DNA of 64,000 nucleotides from the NCBI GenBank assembly GCA_027923505.1, contig BROI01000003.1:682001-746000 (forward strand). The letters are read 5' to 3'. Positions 46,915 to 57,600 of the stretch are shown here, piece by piece. The notes under the pieces were generated by a model that saw only the letters and a list, made by a program, of their open reading frames with translations, was not told the origin of the DNA and made no database searches. The DNA comes from Mayamaea pseudoterrestris (taxonomy: Eukaryota). Made by a program: the position numbers and the translations under genes. Every line of letters begins with the position of its first letter. The first letter of the stretch is position 1.

Positions 46915-48240
46915 CTACTCAGACGTATCGGGCGCCTTTGGCGGAAAATAGGAGCTGTCTTCCACGTCTGCGATAAGCATTGACCGCTTGCTGTCAGAAA
47001 AAGCATTTCTTTTGCTCGCGATCGACAATGCGTCAGCCACGGCAACTGCATCGCGCGATGTTGTCGTCTTGGTCGCTTGATAATCTGCAATAGCGTTCGA
47101 GAACAGAGCTACACTCTCCGGCTTGGCTAAGGCTGCTTTAAATGCCACTTTGATAGTATGAAGTTGCTCAATGCTTGCTGTAATCTTGTATTGTCCAGCA
47201 AAAGGCGAGCCGAGGTCGTAAAAGACTGTAAAGCATGAAACAAACGTTCCGATCAATGTGGCCCAGAGAAGCTTGAGCTGAAATGCCTGCAGGAAATACA
47301 ATATATCTTGGTTCGTCTCGATCAGAAAGCACACGCAAGCTGCAAATGCGAGAGCTCCGAGCGTCACCCAGTGAAGCATTGGATAGGTGCTCTGCAGTGC
47401 AGTAATGCGAATGAGACGCTGCTCCCGCAACCTCGTCACGGCGGCAAACGATTGATCAGCCAAATGCGAAGGGATCGGGTTGTTGTAGCCTTCATTTAGC
47501 TGCAAAAGCAAGCCATTCAGCTCCGTATCCATTCCTTTGCGCGGATCAATCACGTCCGATGCATCCGAAACCGTGGCTCGACATTCGTTGAGTAATCGGT
47601 TGACATACTGCAACAGATACGATCGGCACAGGTCGCGCACCGGCCCTTCAGGAAAAACATAAATCATATGTCCCAAGCTTCGGAGTTCGCCTGCTTCTAG
47701 ATTGATGCATTTTCGAATGTCGACTTGACGTTGACGCAAGGTACTAATCGATGTCGAGGTCAACGTCGCAAACAACAGAGCAATGGCTGGAACCACAATG
47801 CCATTGACAGCCGGGGCAATGATTTTAGCCTGGAGCTGTCCGCCATCAACAGCATACCACTTGTTATCCGAGAATATTTCAACAACCTGATTGAAACCTT
47901 GCGCAACATACTCGTACGTGAAAAAGGCCAAAATTGGTGTAATCGTTGGAAGAGCAAATTCCAGCAACGACTCGATATCGTTATCGTTCCTTCTATTTTG
48001 AACACTGCTGCTTGAAAGACTTGATGGAAATGAGCCGGCATAAGCAGTTCCATTATTCCTCGTTCCTCCGTTGCCATCCAATGGAACGTATTGCGAGCTG
48101 AGCGACCTCCCATCACCTTTTATTGTTGGATTTCTTGTAATCTGAGGCGTAAACAACGACTGAAACGCCCAGGCGCGCGGACAACAACATGTTACCAGAA
48201 TGAAGGCAATAGTTCCAGCTCTTGGATATGGTTTTGGCAT
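46915..48240 (-). CDS. Plastid-targeted multi-pass membrane protein, DUF4239/bestrophin-like
   Basis: Signal peptide ending AWA-F, ALLFATL...RQ..IR.CINLEA, RLREQR..RITALQSTYP..HW and YDLGSPFAGQY.I. Confidence 0.6.
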   Translation of the reverse strand: MPKPYPRAGTIAFILVTCCCPRAWAFQSLFTPQITRNPTIKGDGRSLSSQYVPLDGNGGTRNNGTAYAGSFPSSLSSSSVQNRRNDNDIESLLEFALPTITPILAFFTYEYVAQGFNQVVEIFSDNKWYAVDGGQLQAKIIAPAVNGIVVPAIALLFATLTSTSISTLRQRQVDIRKCINLEAGELRSLGHMIYVFPEGPVRDLCRSYLLQYVNRLLNECRATVSDASDVIDPRKGMDTELNGLLLQLNEGYNNPIPSHLADQSFAAVTRLREQRLIRITALQSTYPMLHWVTLGALAFAACVCFLIETNQDILYFLQAFQLKLLWATLIGTFVSCFTVFYDLGSPFAGQYKITASIEQLHTIKVAFKAALAKPESVALFSNAIADYQATKTTTSRDAVAVADALSIASKRNAFSDSKRSMLIADVEDSSYFPPKAPDTSE

Positions 48241-48602
48241 GATGGTGATTGATGAATCTTGGTTTGAAGAGGGGGAAGTTCAATCAGGCAAAAGTTATGA
48301 GCAGACATGGAACAGCAGTTGGATTTTCGCCGGATTTGTTTCGTCACACCTTTTGTCTTGGTAAGACATGATGACGTTTCAAATGGTTATCAGCCTCACT
48401 CGAGGCGAGACGAAGTTAACTACTGAGAACGTTGCAAGCAAAAGCTAACACGCACTCTTTGAATAGTTTTAGCAATCCACCGGCAGCACAAAAATCTATG
48501 GATCAAAAGTATATTGCATTCAAATCTTTTAAAATTTCTCATTAACTCCTCGGCGTGACACTTTGCAAGACCCACGCCACCCCGTTCGTCAAAACTCCTC
48601 GT

Positions 48603-49301
48603 TCAATCCTCATCTTCGTCGTCGTCTTCGTGCTCATTATCTGCATCAGCATTCCTATCATAATCATCTCCATTCCTGCCAAAATTGGCGTCATCGTCGC
48701 CCTCTGCAACAGCATCATCCGAATGCTGCGACCGAAAGCGCCGCACCAGCTCCATTTCATTGTAATGCCGCTTTCTATGCTCCTTAAACTCCAACTGGCG
48801 CATTTCACTCTTGCGATCATCGACAACTTCCTCATCATCCGCTTGACAGCTACTCGCCGAAGGACTGGACGGATACGTTTGCTGGACGGCAGCGACAGAG
48901 TCAAGTCTTGTCTGCAGCAAGTCCCAGTCAACCGATGGTTTCTGATTGGCGGGTGACTTGCAGCGACCCGATCCATCCGACTCGGCTCCAGAGTCATACT
49001 GCGCGTGATACGGCGTGTTCGGTTCATCAATCGACTGTCTCGTGCCTCGCAGCTTGTTGTGTTCGGCAATCGTTTCCTCGTCAAATTTGAGTTGCTTCTT
49101 TTGATGGTCAGACTCTTGCTGCTGCTCGCGGTTCTTTTTCAATGCAGGTTTTGCAGCAGTCTTGTGTCCATCTGCTGCAAGTTCATGATCCAGAGCATGA
49201 TGATGTTCGTCCGTGTCACTCCCGCTGTCAGGCAAGAATGGAGTCTTGTCGGATGTTGGCATTTTTTGATCCTGTTCGACGCCATCTACTGGTTCGCTCA
49301 T
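48603..49301 (-). CDS. Protein phosphatase 1 inhibitor-2
   Basis: KPALK, LKFDE, IDEPNTPY and FKEHRKRHYNE motifs. Confidence 0.9.
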   Translation of the reverse strand: MSEPVDGVEQDQKMPTSDKTPFLPDSGSDTDEHHHALDHELAADGHKTAAKPALKKNREQQQESDHQKKQLKFDEETIAEHNKLRGTRQSIDEPNTPYHAQYDSGAESDGSGRCKSPANQKPSVDWDLLQTRLDSVAAVQQTYPSSPSASSCQADDEEVVDDRKSEMRQLEFKEHRKRHYNEMELVRRFRSQHSDDAVAEGDDDANFGRNGDDYDRNADADNEHEDDDEDED

Positions 49302-49635
49302 GACTCGAGATGAATTATATATTGAAGTATAGCAAAGGCTGCAAGCTCTGTCTCGCTAATTGATTATACGTGAATGGAAGCCGAGTTGAAGAGAAGGGCA
49401 AGTGGAGTGAGCTTGGTGTGTGATGGGAGGATCGCGTGAAGCGCGCCATGGTCCGTCGTCAACCGTTGCGCAGATTGCAGCTTGCGGCGCGTGTGCTCCA
49501 CGCAGGATCGGGCCGCATGTTGCGTTCGCACAATGGCGCACAGCCGCTGCTTTGAAATAATTCAATCTGCTGCCGTAAACAGTGGTGCTGCTATTACTCC
49601 TCCATAGCCATCTTACTACGCAACGATATTTCGCA

Positions 49636-51984
49636 ATGAATCCCCCACAATCCTTGTTTTCGCCTCCGGCGCAGCAGCCATTGAAGAAGCAGCGCGCCAC
49701 GGATACGCCGGATCGGTTCATTGGACAAGTGGATGACGCAGTATCTCGAAGGAAGGCCGAGTTAGCCAATCTGCAGAATCAATTATCAAGCAGTCGGCAG
49801 AACAATGCGCACTCTGATATCTTGGCTCGCGCTCGCATGTCTCTGCAGAACTCCACGACAAGCCAGCCTCCAGCTCCTCCATTTCCAGGCCAACAGCAAA
49901 TGGTGGGGCGTCGCACCAGTGACTTGTTTCCAGAAGCTCCAAAGACGGCAATCCGTCCTGGACCTCCGCACGGAAATCCTTCTCCTTCCCCGCCTGGAAC
50001 GACGCCTGAGACAGCAAAGGTTGTGCGACGCCTGGATGTTACCTTTGCGTCAAACCGCAAGAGTGTGAGTCCGCAGCAGCCGCAGCCGCATCCAACATCT
50101 GCCTTGCGATCCACGAGTGCGCCTCCGCAGCGACCTCCGCCCCCAGGTCCACCTCCTAATACGCAATCGGAGCATCCGGAGAAAGCTCGCCCTCCTCCGC
50201 CGCCGCCGCGTCCAAGCCATATTCCACCGCCTCGGCAAGGAAATCCTCCACCTCCTCCTCCGCCAGTGGGAGTTGCCAAGCCGGCTGCCGCTGCTGGAGC
50301 ACCTCCAGTCTTTTTCAAGCAGCAGCAACCTCCGCCGCCGCCACCACCACCGACTCCGACTGCTCCATCCGTCTCATTTGCTGCAGCAGCAGAGACTCTA
50401 CCAGAACTTGTTTTGGATCCAGACATGTTGTCTCCACCTGCTGCTGCAACTCATGCCAAGACGTCGTCCATGGACATTGACTTTGGCAGCGACAGTCATG
50501 ATGCCGACTTTCTACCCATGGCAACCGAGGATGCTCCGGCTCCCATGCAAACGCCAGACGCGGAAGCGTCCAAGCCAGCCAAGCGACGCAATACTCCATA
50601 CTTTGCGCGATCGAGCTTGGATTTGAGCGAGGAGGACGAAGAAGACGAAGACGCATTGGACGGACATGGAACAGAGACGCCCAACACTATCGATTTGATG
50701 CAAAGTGTATCTGAAGGGCAGGATCATCCGCAGCAGCATCACAATAACAACATTTACGCGGGAACTGTAAGCGCGCCACCAGATGCAGCATCCGTCGACT
50801 TGCGCCTCGCCAAGGAGCTGGCGCGGGCCGAACAGGAAAAGGCGCAAGCCATGGAGCGAGTCACGGAGCTGGAGCAAAGGCTGTTTGAAGTGCAGCAGAC
50901 GCGTCACGACGAGTTGGGTCCTGGAAGCAATCGCGGCAGCAATGGCGCGGCAAATTACGTAGTCTTGTTTGACAAGATCAATCAGTATGGCATTGACGTG
51001 GCGCTGGATTGGGCTCGTCAAGAAGCTGCGAATAGTCACAGCAATGGAGTGAACGACTCCTTTTCGGAGCCAACTATTCCGAACCAGCATATGCACCGAA
51101 AAACGCCCATGCCTCGTCCCAAACCAGCCCAAGAAATGAATTTGGAGATGGATCTTTTGATTGAAACGACAATGCAGTGCTCCCACGAGTTTGTCGACGA
51201 CGATCATCGTGTCGTATTTATTGTTCGCCGCCCATATGGCGTAGAAGACGACCGAGAGCTTTGGTTGTCAGGTGGTCAGCTTCCCAATAAAGGCTACGCG
51301 AACAAGGCGAGCGTGACGCAATGTCGATCGATCGAGCTGGTTGCTCGCATTCCGTTTGACGACAGTGTTTTGTCGTTGTTTGACGAAGGCAATGTCCGCC
51401 ATCAGAATGCACTTGGCGACTGGGAAGACTTTGGAAATGTCTACGAGCGTAGCGGCCCACTTGGGTCGATCCTATACGTGGATAGGGACGAGGGGACGCA
51501 AAAGATGTACTCTTTGGATGACATTTTTGACAATGCTATTGCTACCCGGCAGTTTTATTGTCAGTCTATCCTTTCCGCTGCTACGTGTTTGAAGCGAGGC
51601 AAGGCCTTGAGTGTCGCCCATACTCCGCCTGCTGCAATTGACGTTGCACCATTGTCGCCCGGCAAGGATGTGGGAGTCGATACGAATGATCTGCCGAAGC
51701 CAAAAACACCAAAGGCGATTACGAAGAAAACTGCTTCTCCTGCTCCGGTGGAGGACGTTCCCGACGTGGCGACACAGTTTTTTAGCATGTTCATTTCTGG
51801 CATTGTTTGGTTGCTGTGGAGCATTTTTGTTCGTTTGCCTCTTCGGATTCTCTTTAATGTTGTTGCCTTGTCAGCTGCGGTTGCCATAATCGCGTTTGCA
51901 TGGGTGTACTTGGAAAGTGGGTCTAATGCAGCTCATTTCGGATCATCGGTCGATGCCATGTTTAACCAACCCGGTATCATGTAA
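49636..51984 (+). CDS. Proline-rich protein with short coiled coil and C-terminal transmembrane segments
   Basis: Long ORF with poly-Pro tracts and two hydrophobic helices near the C-terminus. Confidence 0.75.
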   Translation: MNPPQSLFSPPAQQPLKKQRATDTPDRFIGQVDDAVSRRKAELANLQNQLSSSRQNNAHSDILARARMSLQNSTTSQPPAPPFPGQQQMVGRRTSDLFPEAPKTAIRPGPPHGNPSPSPPGTTPETAKVVRRLDVTFASNRKSVSPQQPQPHPTSALRSTSAPPQRPPPPGPPPNTQSEHPEKARPPPPPPRPSHIPPPRQGNPPPPPPPVGVAKPAAAAGAPPVFFKQQQPPPPPPPPTPTAPSVSFAAAAETLPELVLDPDMLSPPAAATHAKTSSMDIDFGSDSHDADFLPMATEDAPAPMQTPDAEASKPAKRRNTPYFARSSLDLSEEDEEDEDALDGHGTETPNTIDLMQSVSEGQDHPQQHHNNNIYAGTVSAPPDAASVDLRLAKELARAEQEKAQAMERVTELEQRLFEVQQTRHDELGPGSNRGSNGAANYVVLFDKINQYGIDVALDWARQEAANSHSNGVNDSFSEPTIPNQHMHRKTPMPRPKPAQEMNLEMDLLIETTMQCSHEFVDDDHRVVFIVRRPYGVEDDRELWLSGGQLPNKGYANKASVTQCRSIELVARIPFDDSVLSLFDEGNVRHQNALGDWEDFGNVYERSGPLGSILYVDRDEGTQKMYSLDDIFDNAIATRQFYCQSILSAATCLKRGKALSVAHTPPAAIDVAPLSPGKDVGVDTNDLPKPKTPKAITKKTASPAPVEDVPDVATQFFSMFISGIVWLLWSIFVRLPLRILFNVVALSAAVAIIAFAWVYLESGSNAAHFGSSVDAMFNQPGIM

Positions 51985-52162
51985 GCGACGAGGGACAAGG
52001 ACTATCCATTTGAGTATTTAGATACATGTAAGAGTAAACGTATCTTAACTATAGTGGACTACCTAGCGGTGACTTTTTAACTGCTTCCATTAGTCGCGCA
52101 AGAGAAAACTGAATACGAAACCGCCGCAATCCTCGTCGTCCATGACCGCTTCGTTTCGCGAT

Positions 52163-52941
52163 TCAATTCATGACCAGCCACTCCTTAAAGCGCATGAAAT
52201 GGTTGCAATAGCCTGAGGGATTCTTTTCAAGATACGCCTGATGTTCGTCGTGCGCCGGATAGAATGTCTGAATGTCGTAAATTCCAGTCTCAATCTTCTT
52301 GCCGGAATATTTCACTTTGCCGGCATCGAGCAACGATTGCAGCTCCGTCTTGACCTTTCCAGCAATCTCCTTTTGCTGCACATCGCTGCAAAAAATTGCC
52401 GAACCATATTGCGATCCCATGTCATTGCCTTGGCGATCCTTCGTCGTTGGGTCATGGAACATGTAAAAGAATTTGATCAACTCTTCGAAATGCTTCTCCG
52501 GCTCGTTGAGTTCAACGTTTAGGACTTCCACGTGGCCCGTTGAACCAGAACAAACCTGCAATATGTCAATATGATTAGTCAGTATTGTATTCTAAACATG
52601 TCCAATCAATCAAACTGCGCCAAAGCCAAACGTACCTGTCGATACGACGGATTCTTCATGGCATTGGTTTCGGGGCTCATAAAGCCAACGGCGGCCGAGG
52701 CAATGGATCCGGGAAACATCTTTTGAAAGTCCTTGACGACATACTTTTCGGTACCCCAGTAACATCCGGCGCCCAAAGCAAGAGTCCTGGAGAGTGGAAT
52801 CATGCTGCTGCTATCGGTCGTTGTGCTGTGCATGCGATGAGATGGCAAACCGTAGGCGGCAATTGATTTTGTTGCAGTCGAAGCGATTAAAGACTTGTTA
52901 GTAGTAGAACGTAATATCTCTTGTGAAAGTCGACGAAGCAT
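52163..52941 (-). CDS. msrA: Peptide methionine sulfoxide reductase A; intron 52556-52635
   Basis: GAGCYWGTE, spliced PSYRQVCSGSTGHVE, HDPTT..RQGND.G.QY and HQAYLEKNP.GYC. Confidence 0.95.
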
Positions 52942-53083
52942 GAGTAGTTGGCGTACCGGTAAGTTTCAAACCTGCTCCGGTTGCGTGAACGAGTCAGAAT
53001 GCGATTTTTGCATCGAAGAAGATCGCGTGAGCGCCATGGTCGATCGTCACCAGCTCATCAGGCAAGAGTCGGACCGGTTCTAA

Positions 53084-54779
53084 GGAGTGCCGTAGCGACA
53101 TTGCTTTAGCTGCGCGTTTCAACCATCCATCTGCTTCATTTCTGGATTTGTTCCGCGAAAGACCTGTGGGTTTGGTTTATTCTTTCTCGTGGGAGACCTC
53201 ATAAGTTCAACAACTAGATAGTAAAGAGACTAACATGGCAACTCGGTGTGCCTTTGAGAATTCAAACGAAGTAGGCGTCTTTGCGGCGCTGACGAACGCT
53301 TACTGCTTGACAGGTAAGTGTAGTGTGTCGTGATGTCTCCCTTGTTACTCCGATGAAAGTGTTTACATCACCATGTATAGACTACTATCTTTGCTAACGC
53401 TCCGATTCGTCTATTCTTTGTGCTTACACAGGCATTGGTGGTTCCGAAAACTTTTATTCCATCTTCCAAGCCGAGCTTTCGCAACACATTCCCGTCGTTC
53501 ATGCCACCATTGGAGGCAACCGATTCGTTGGTCGCACCACGGCTGGCAATCGCCGAGGACTTCTTGTTCCAAGCACGACGACCGATATCGAGTTGCAGCA
53601 TTTACGAAACAGTCTTCCAGATTCAGTTGTTGTGCAAAGAATTGAAGAGCGACTCTCGGCGCTTGGAAACATTATTGCGACGAATGATCACGTTGCACTC
53701 ATTCATCCTGATACAGATCGGGAGACGGAGGATGTGATTGTTGATGTGCTCGGAGTTGAAGTCTTTCGACAAACAGTAGGAGGACAAGCTCTTGTTGGAA
53801 GTTACTGCAAGTTTACGAATCAAGGAGGTATGGTGCATCCCAGGACGACAGTTGAAGACATTGAAGAACTTTGCGGACTTTTGCAAGTACCTTTGATTGC
53901 TGGAACCGTCAACCGCGGTTCAGACGTGCTTGGAGTGCCGTAGCGACATTGCTTTAGCTGCGCGTTTCAACCATCCATCTGCTTCATTTCTGGATTTGTT
54001 CCGCGAAAGACCTGTGGGTTTGGTTTATTCTTTCTCGTGGGAGACCTCATAAGTTCAACAACTAGATAGTAAAGAGACTAACATGGCAACTCGGTGTGCC
54101 TTTGAGAATTCAAACGAAGTAGGCGTCTTTGCGGCGCTGACGAACGCTTACTGCTTGACAGGTAAGTGTAGTGTGTCGTGATGTCTCCCTTGTTACTCCG
54201 ATGAAAGTGTTTACATCACCATGTATAGACTACTATCTTTGCTAACGCTCCGATTCGTCTATTCTTTGTGCTTACACAGGCATTGGTGGTTCCGAAAACT
54301 TTTATTCCATCTTCCAAGCCGAGCTTTCGCAACACATTCCCGTCGTTCATGCCACCATTGGAGGCAACCGATTCGTTGGTCGCACCACGGCTGGCAATCG
54401 CCGAGGACTTCTTGTTCCAAGCACGACGACCGATATCGAGTTGCAGCATTTACGAAACAGTCTTCCAGATTCAGTTGTTGTGCAAAGAATTGAAGAGCGA
54501 CTCTCGGCGCTTGGAAACATTATTGCGACGAATGATCACGTTGCACTCATTCATCCTGATACAGATCGGGAGACGGAGGATGTGATTGTTGATGTGCTCG
54601 GAGTTGAAGTCTTTCGACAAACAGTAGGAGGACAAGCTCTTGTTGGAAGTTACTGCAAGTTTACGAATCAAGGAGGTATGGTGCATCCCAGGACGACAGT
54701 TGAAGACATTGAAGAACTTTGCGGACTTTTGCAAGTACCTTTGATTGCTGGAACCGTCAACCGCGGTTCAGACGTGCTT
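53084..54779. repeat. Direct tandem duplication, 2 x 848 bp
   Basis: 53084-53931 and 53932-54779 read identically. The ORF track repeats with an offset of 848. Confidence 0.95.
53235..53943 (+). pseudogene. eIF6: C-terminally truncated eIF6 copy; intron 53314-53431
   Basis: [16 protein letters not shown]...[14 protein letters not shown]. The stop is created by the duplication junction. Confidence 0.85.
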
Positions 54780-54950
54780 GGTGGTGGCATGGTGGTGAAC
54801 GATTGGAGCGCCTTTGTTGGTTTAGATACGACGGGTACGGAAGTATCTGTCATTGAATCAATCTTTAAGCTACAGCAGCGCGGCGCGGGTACACAGGGCG
54901 CAAGCATGGTGACGGACATGCGCTCGTCGTTGATTGATCAGCTATCTTAA
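54083..54950 (+). CDS. eIF6: Translation initiation factor 6; intron 54162-54279
   Basis: [27 protein letters not shown] and [16 protein letters not shown]. Confidence 0.97.
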
Positions 54951-55230
54951 CTAAAGTATGCATGCATGGACCTGCTTTATTAGCGTATTATTAGCATATC
55001 GCTAGAATGTGTTTCAAGTTTTGGCGACATGACACAAAAAGCTGGAACTGTACATGTTCGAATTCTATACTTATGGAAGCGCGAGCAACCAAGCCAGGGA
55101 GGCCGTGACAGCAAAAGCCTTTTGTATGCGTCCGAATCGTTGTCACCGCCTATGCCGCCACAAAGGTGAGCTGTATCGATTCTTTACCTGACGGCGCCAG
55201 CTAACTCGCAAGGCAAACTTGTCCAAGCTT

Positions 55231-57085
55231 TCATCGCTCTAAATTACCCAAATCCAGTGCGGAAACTAGCGTAGAACTGGTAGCATTCTCTTCCAGTGTT
55301 CCTTGATGCCATATGTCAGTGATGAGCGTCTCGGATATAGTTGGCATAGCTGGCTCATCTTCAGTCACCGCAGCAGTTAGCGTCGTCTCGCTTTCCAAGC
55401 GCTTTGCAAGCTTGGCCGCGCGTATAGACTCCTCCGTTTGCAAAATACCATTCTCTTTCAGCACATCAGCAAGCGAGCTGTATCCTTCGAATGGCTTGAA
55501 TAAAACCGTTGTGAGATCAGCAATGAATGAGCCAAAAAGTGAAAACCCAACTAGAAACATGACTGGAAATGTGAGAAGATCAGATGCAACCAGGGCTTCC
55601 GGTTCCAATGACAAGTCCCCTAAGCCGACTGTAGTCAAGCTCACAAAGGACCACCAGTAGGCGTCACTCAAAGAGAGATCCACACCAAGTCGCACATATT
55701 TCCATTGCTGGTAAACATAAGCAATGACAAGCATCCAAAGGTACAGCAACACCGCCCAGAAAATGCAGGAAATCCAAGGTTTGGACTCAATCGGTATTCC
55801 TTGCCTTGATGCAAAATCATTAGCAAGTGAACTTAAAACATAACCAGCACTCGCAGCGACTGCGCCAAAGAGGAGAATGTTCAAAAAGCCAATGGTAAAG
55901 AACATCGTCCGCCCTTGCCAAGTGATTGGGACAGCATTGCCATACCCTATGGTTGTCATTACAGTAAACCAAAACCAAACACTGGCTACACTGTTCGGGT
56001 AGCATCCAGCTCTTCCAGTCGCTTGGTCGACTGATCGCAAGAAAATGTCATGCTTTGCTTGAGCTGCTTCTGATGAGTTCATTGCCGACAAGTCTATCTG
56101 ATTTAGTTCATCAAAGTAAAATGTGAGGGCATCTCTGTTCCAATCCTTCTTATATTGCAGATTTTGTGAGGCCTGAAATGGTTGTGTGTAAGTCAGAGAC
56201 GAGTGAGCATTCAACGACTCAGTCTCACTCTCGCATACTTACTGGCAGCAAACTTTTTCGATATGCTTTACTCGCTCCTTTCAAAATGACTGAATCCTCA
56301 AGTGCTCCTTCAAGTGCAGTTTGATTCCATAACGTGCTATTGGCCTTGAGAGGACAGCGGTTCCAGCTAAAGGTCAAGTCCGATGTTGCATGAATCCGAC
56401 TAGCAGTTGATGTTACGCCATCAACCAATTCGCGAACGTACGGCTCCGCGGAAGCACTGCAATCTTCAAGAAAGGTCAACAACTCCGTAAAGTTGAGCGT
56501 CTCATTCGTGTGGCTTCGGATGTATTCCGTCAATAAAGATCCGCTTTGTGCCGCCCGCGATGGCGGACCGGGAGCCACGAAGCCTTGCTCGTAACTCCCA
56601 TCGTCATAGTCAGGAACGCTCGGCAATATGTCAACGATTCGATCGTTCGCCACTTGCGAAATAGTTTTATTCGAGATGTAGATCTCTAAGCACATGGTAG
56701 GAAGACGTTGCGTTATATTCGCAAACGTTGTAGATTGAAAGGTTGCGAGTGCTTGGTTCTTTAGAATGGCGTCGTTTTGCTCAAATTCTGGTCCACTTTC
56801 ATAAACGGCAAGACCATAACCGAACGCAAATGAGACAAAAATCAAAGACCATAGTGGCAGAATCACACCAAGTAGCAGCGCCCAGCAGCGAGGACACATG
56901 AGAAACCACTTTCCAGGCGGCTTTTTGCGCTTCGGTTTGTCGTCGTCGCTCTCGTGTGAACGCTGCGAGCCATTTTCATTGTCATCTTCTTCGTCGTCAG
57001 TGCCGTAGCCAAAATGTGCGGCATGAATGAGTTCTTCCGCACTTCCCTCCACTGGATCAGGCGGAGGATGTGTTAATACAGTCAT
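55231..57085 (-). CDS. Two-pore-domain potassium channel (K2P/TWK-like); intron 56173-56242
   Basis: Pore loops FTVMTTIGYGN and FVSLTTVGLGD, with a long extracellular loop after TM1. Confidence 0.9.
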
Positions 57086-57600
57086 ACTGCTGTTTGACTG
57101 TCTTGGGCGAGCGACGATACCATGGTCGAGTCCACAACTCACGGAAGTGCAGTCACGTCACGTCACGCTGCGTCAAGTTGCATTGTGTACATTAACCCCC
57201 AGAGTCATCATGAATGGCAGTCGTAGCGGTTTCCAGTTCAGATCGCCTCCGAATGTTCCCGCATTGCATTGTCAAGTTTAGTGTGGAGTCCATCATCACC
57301 GGGCCACGAGACTTGGTAGATTCAACAAAAGGTTGGAGTTGCCAATCATAATAATAACTCACGTTCAATCCAACCCAGTCGTTTTCCTGGAAGGTTTGAA
57401 GATATATCACTGAATGGATTGCACATCCTACATCCTGTATGCTTGCCTAGCAACCACAGAGACTCTTATTGAAGCTGGCTGGCCCATGGGTATGGCAATT
57501 GAGTGTGTTAAATTGACTGAAACCCTTGCTGCCTGCCTGCCAGCAATGACTTTACTTGACCCAACCCCAGTCATTTTCCTGGAGGGTTTGAAGGCATATT

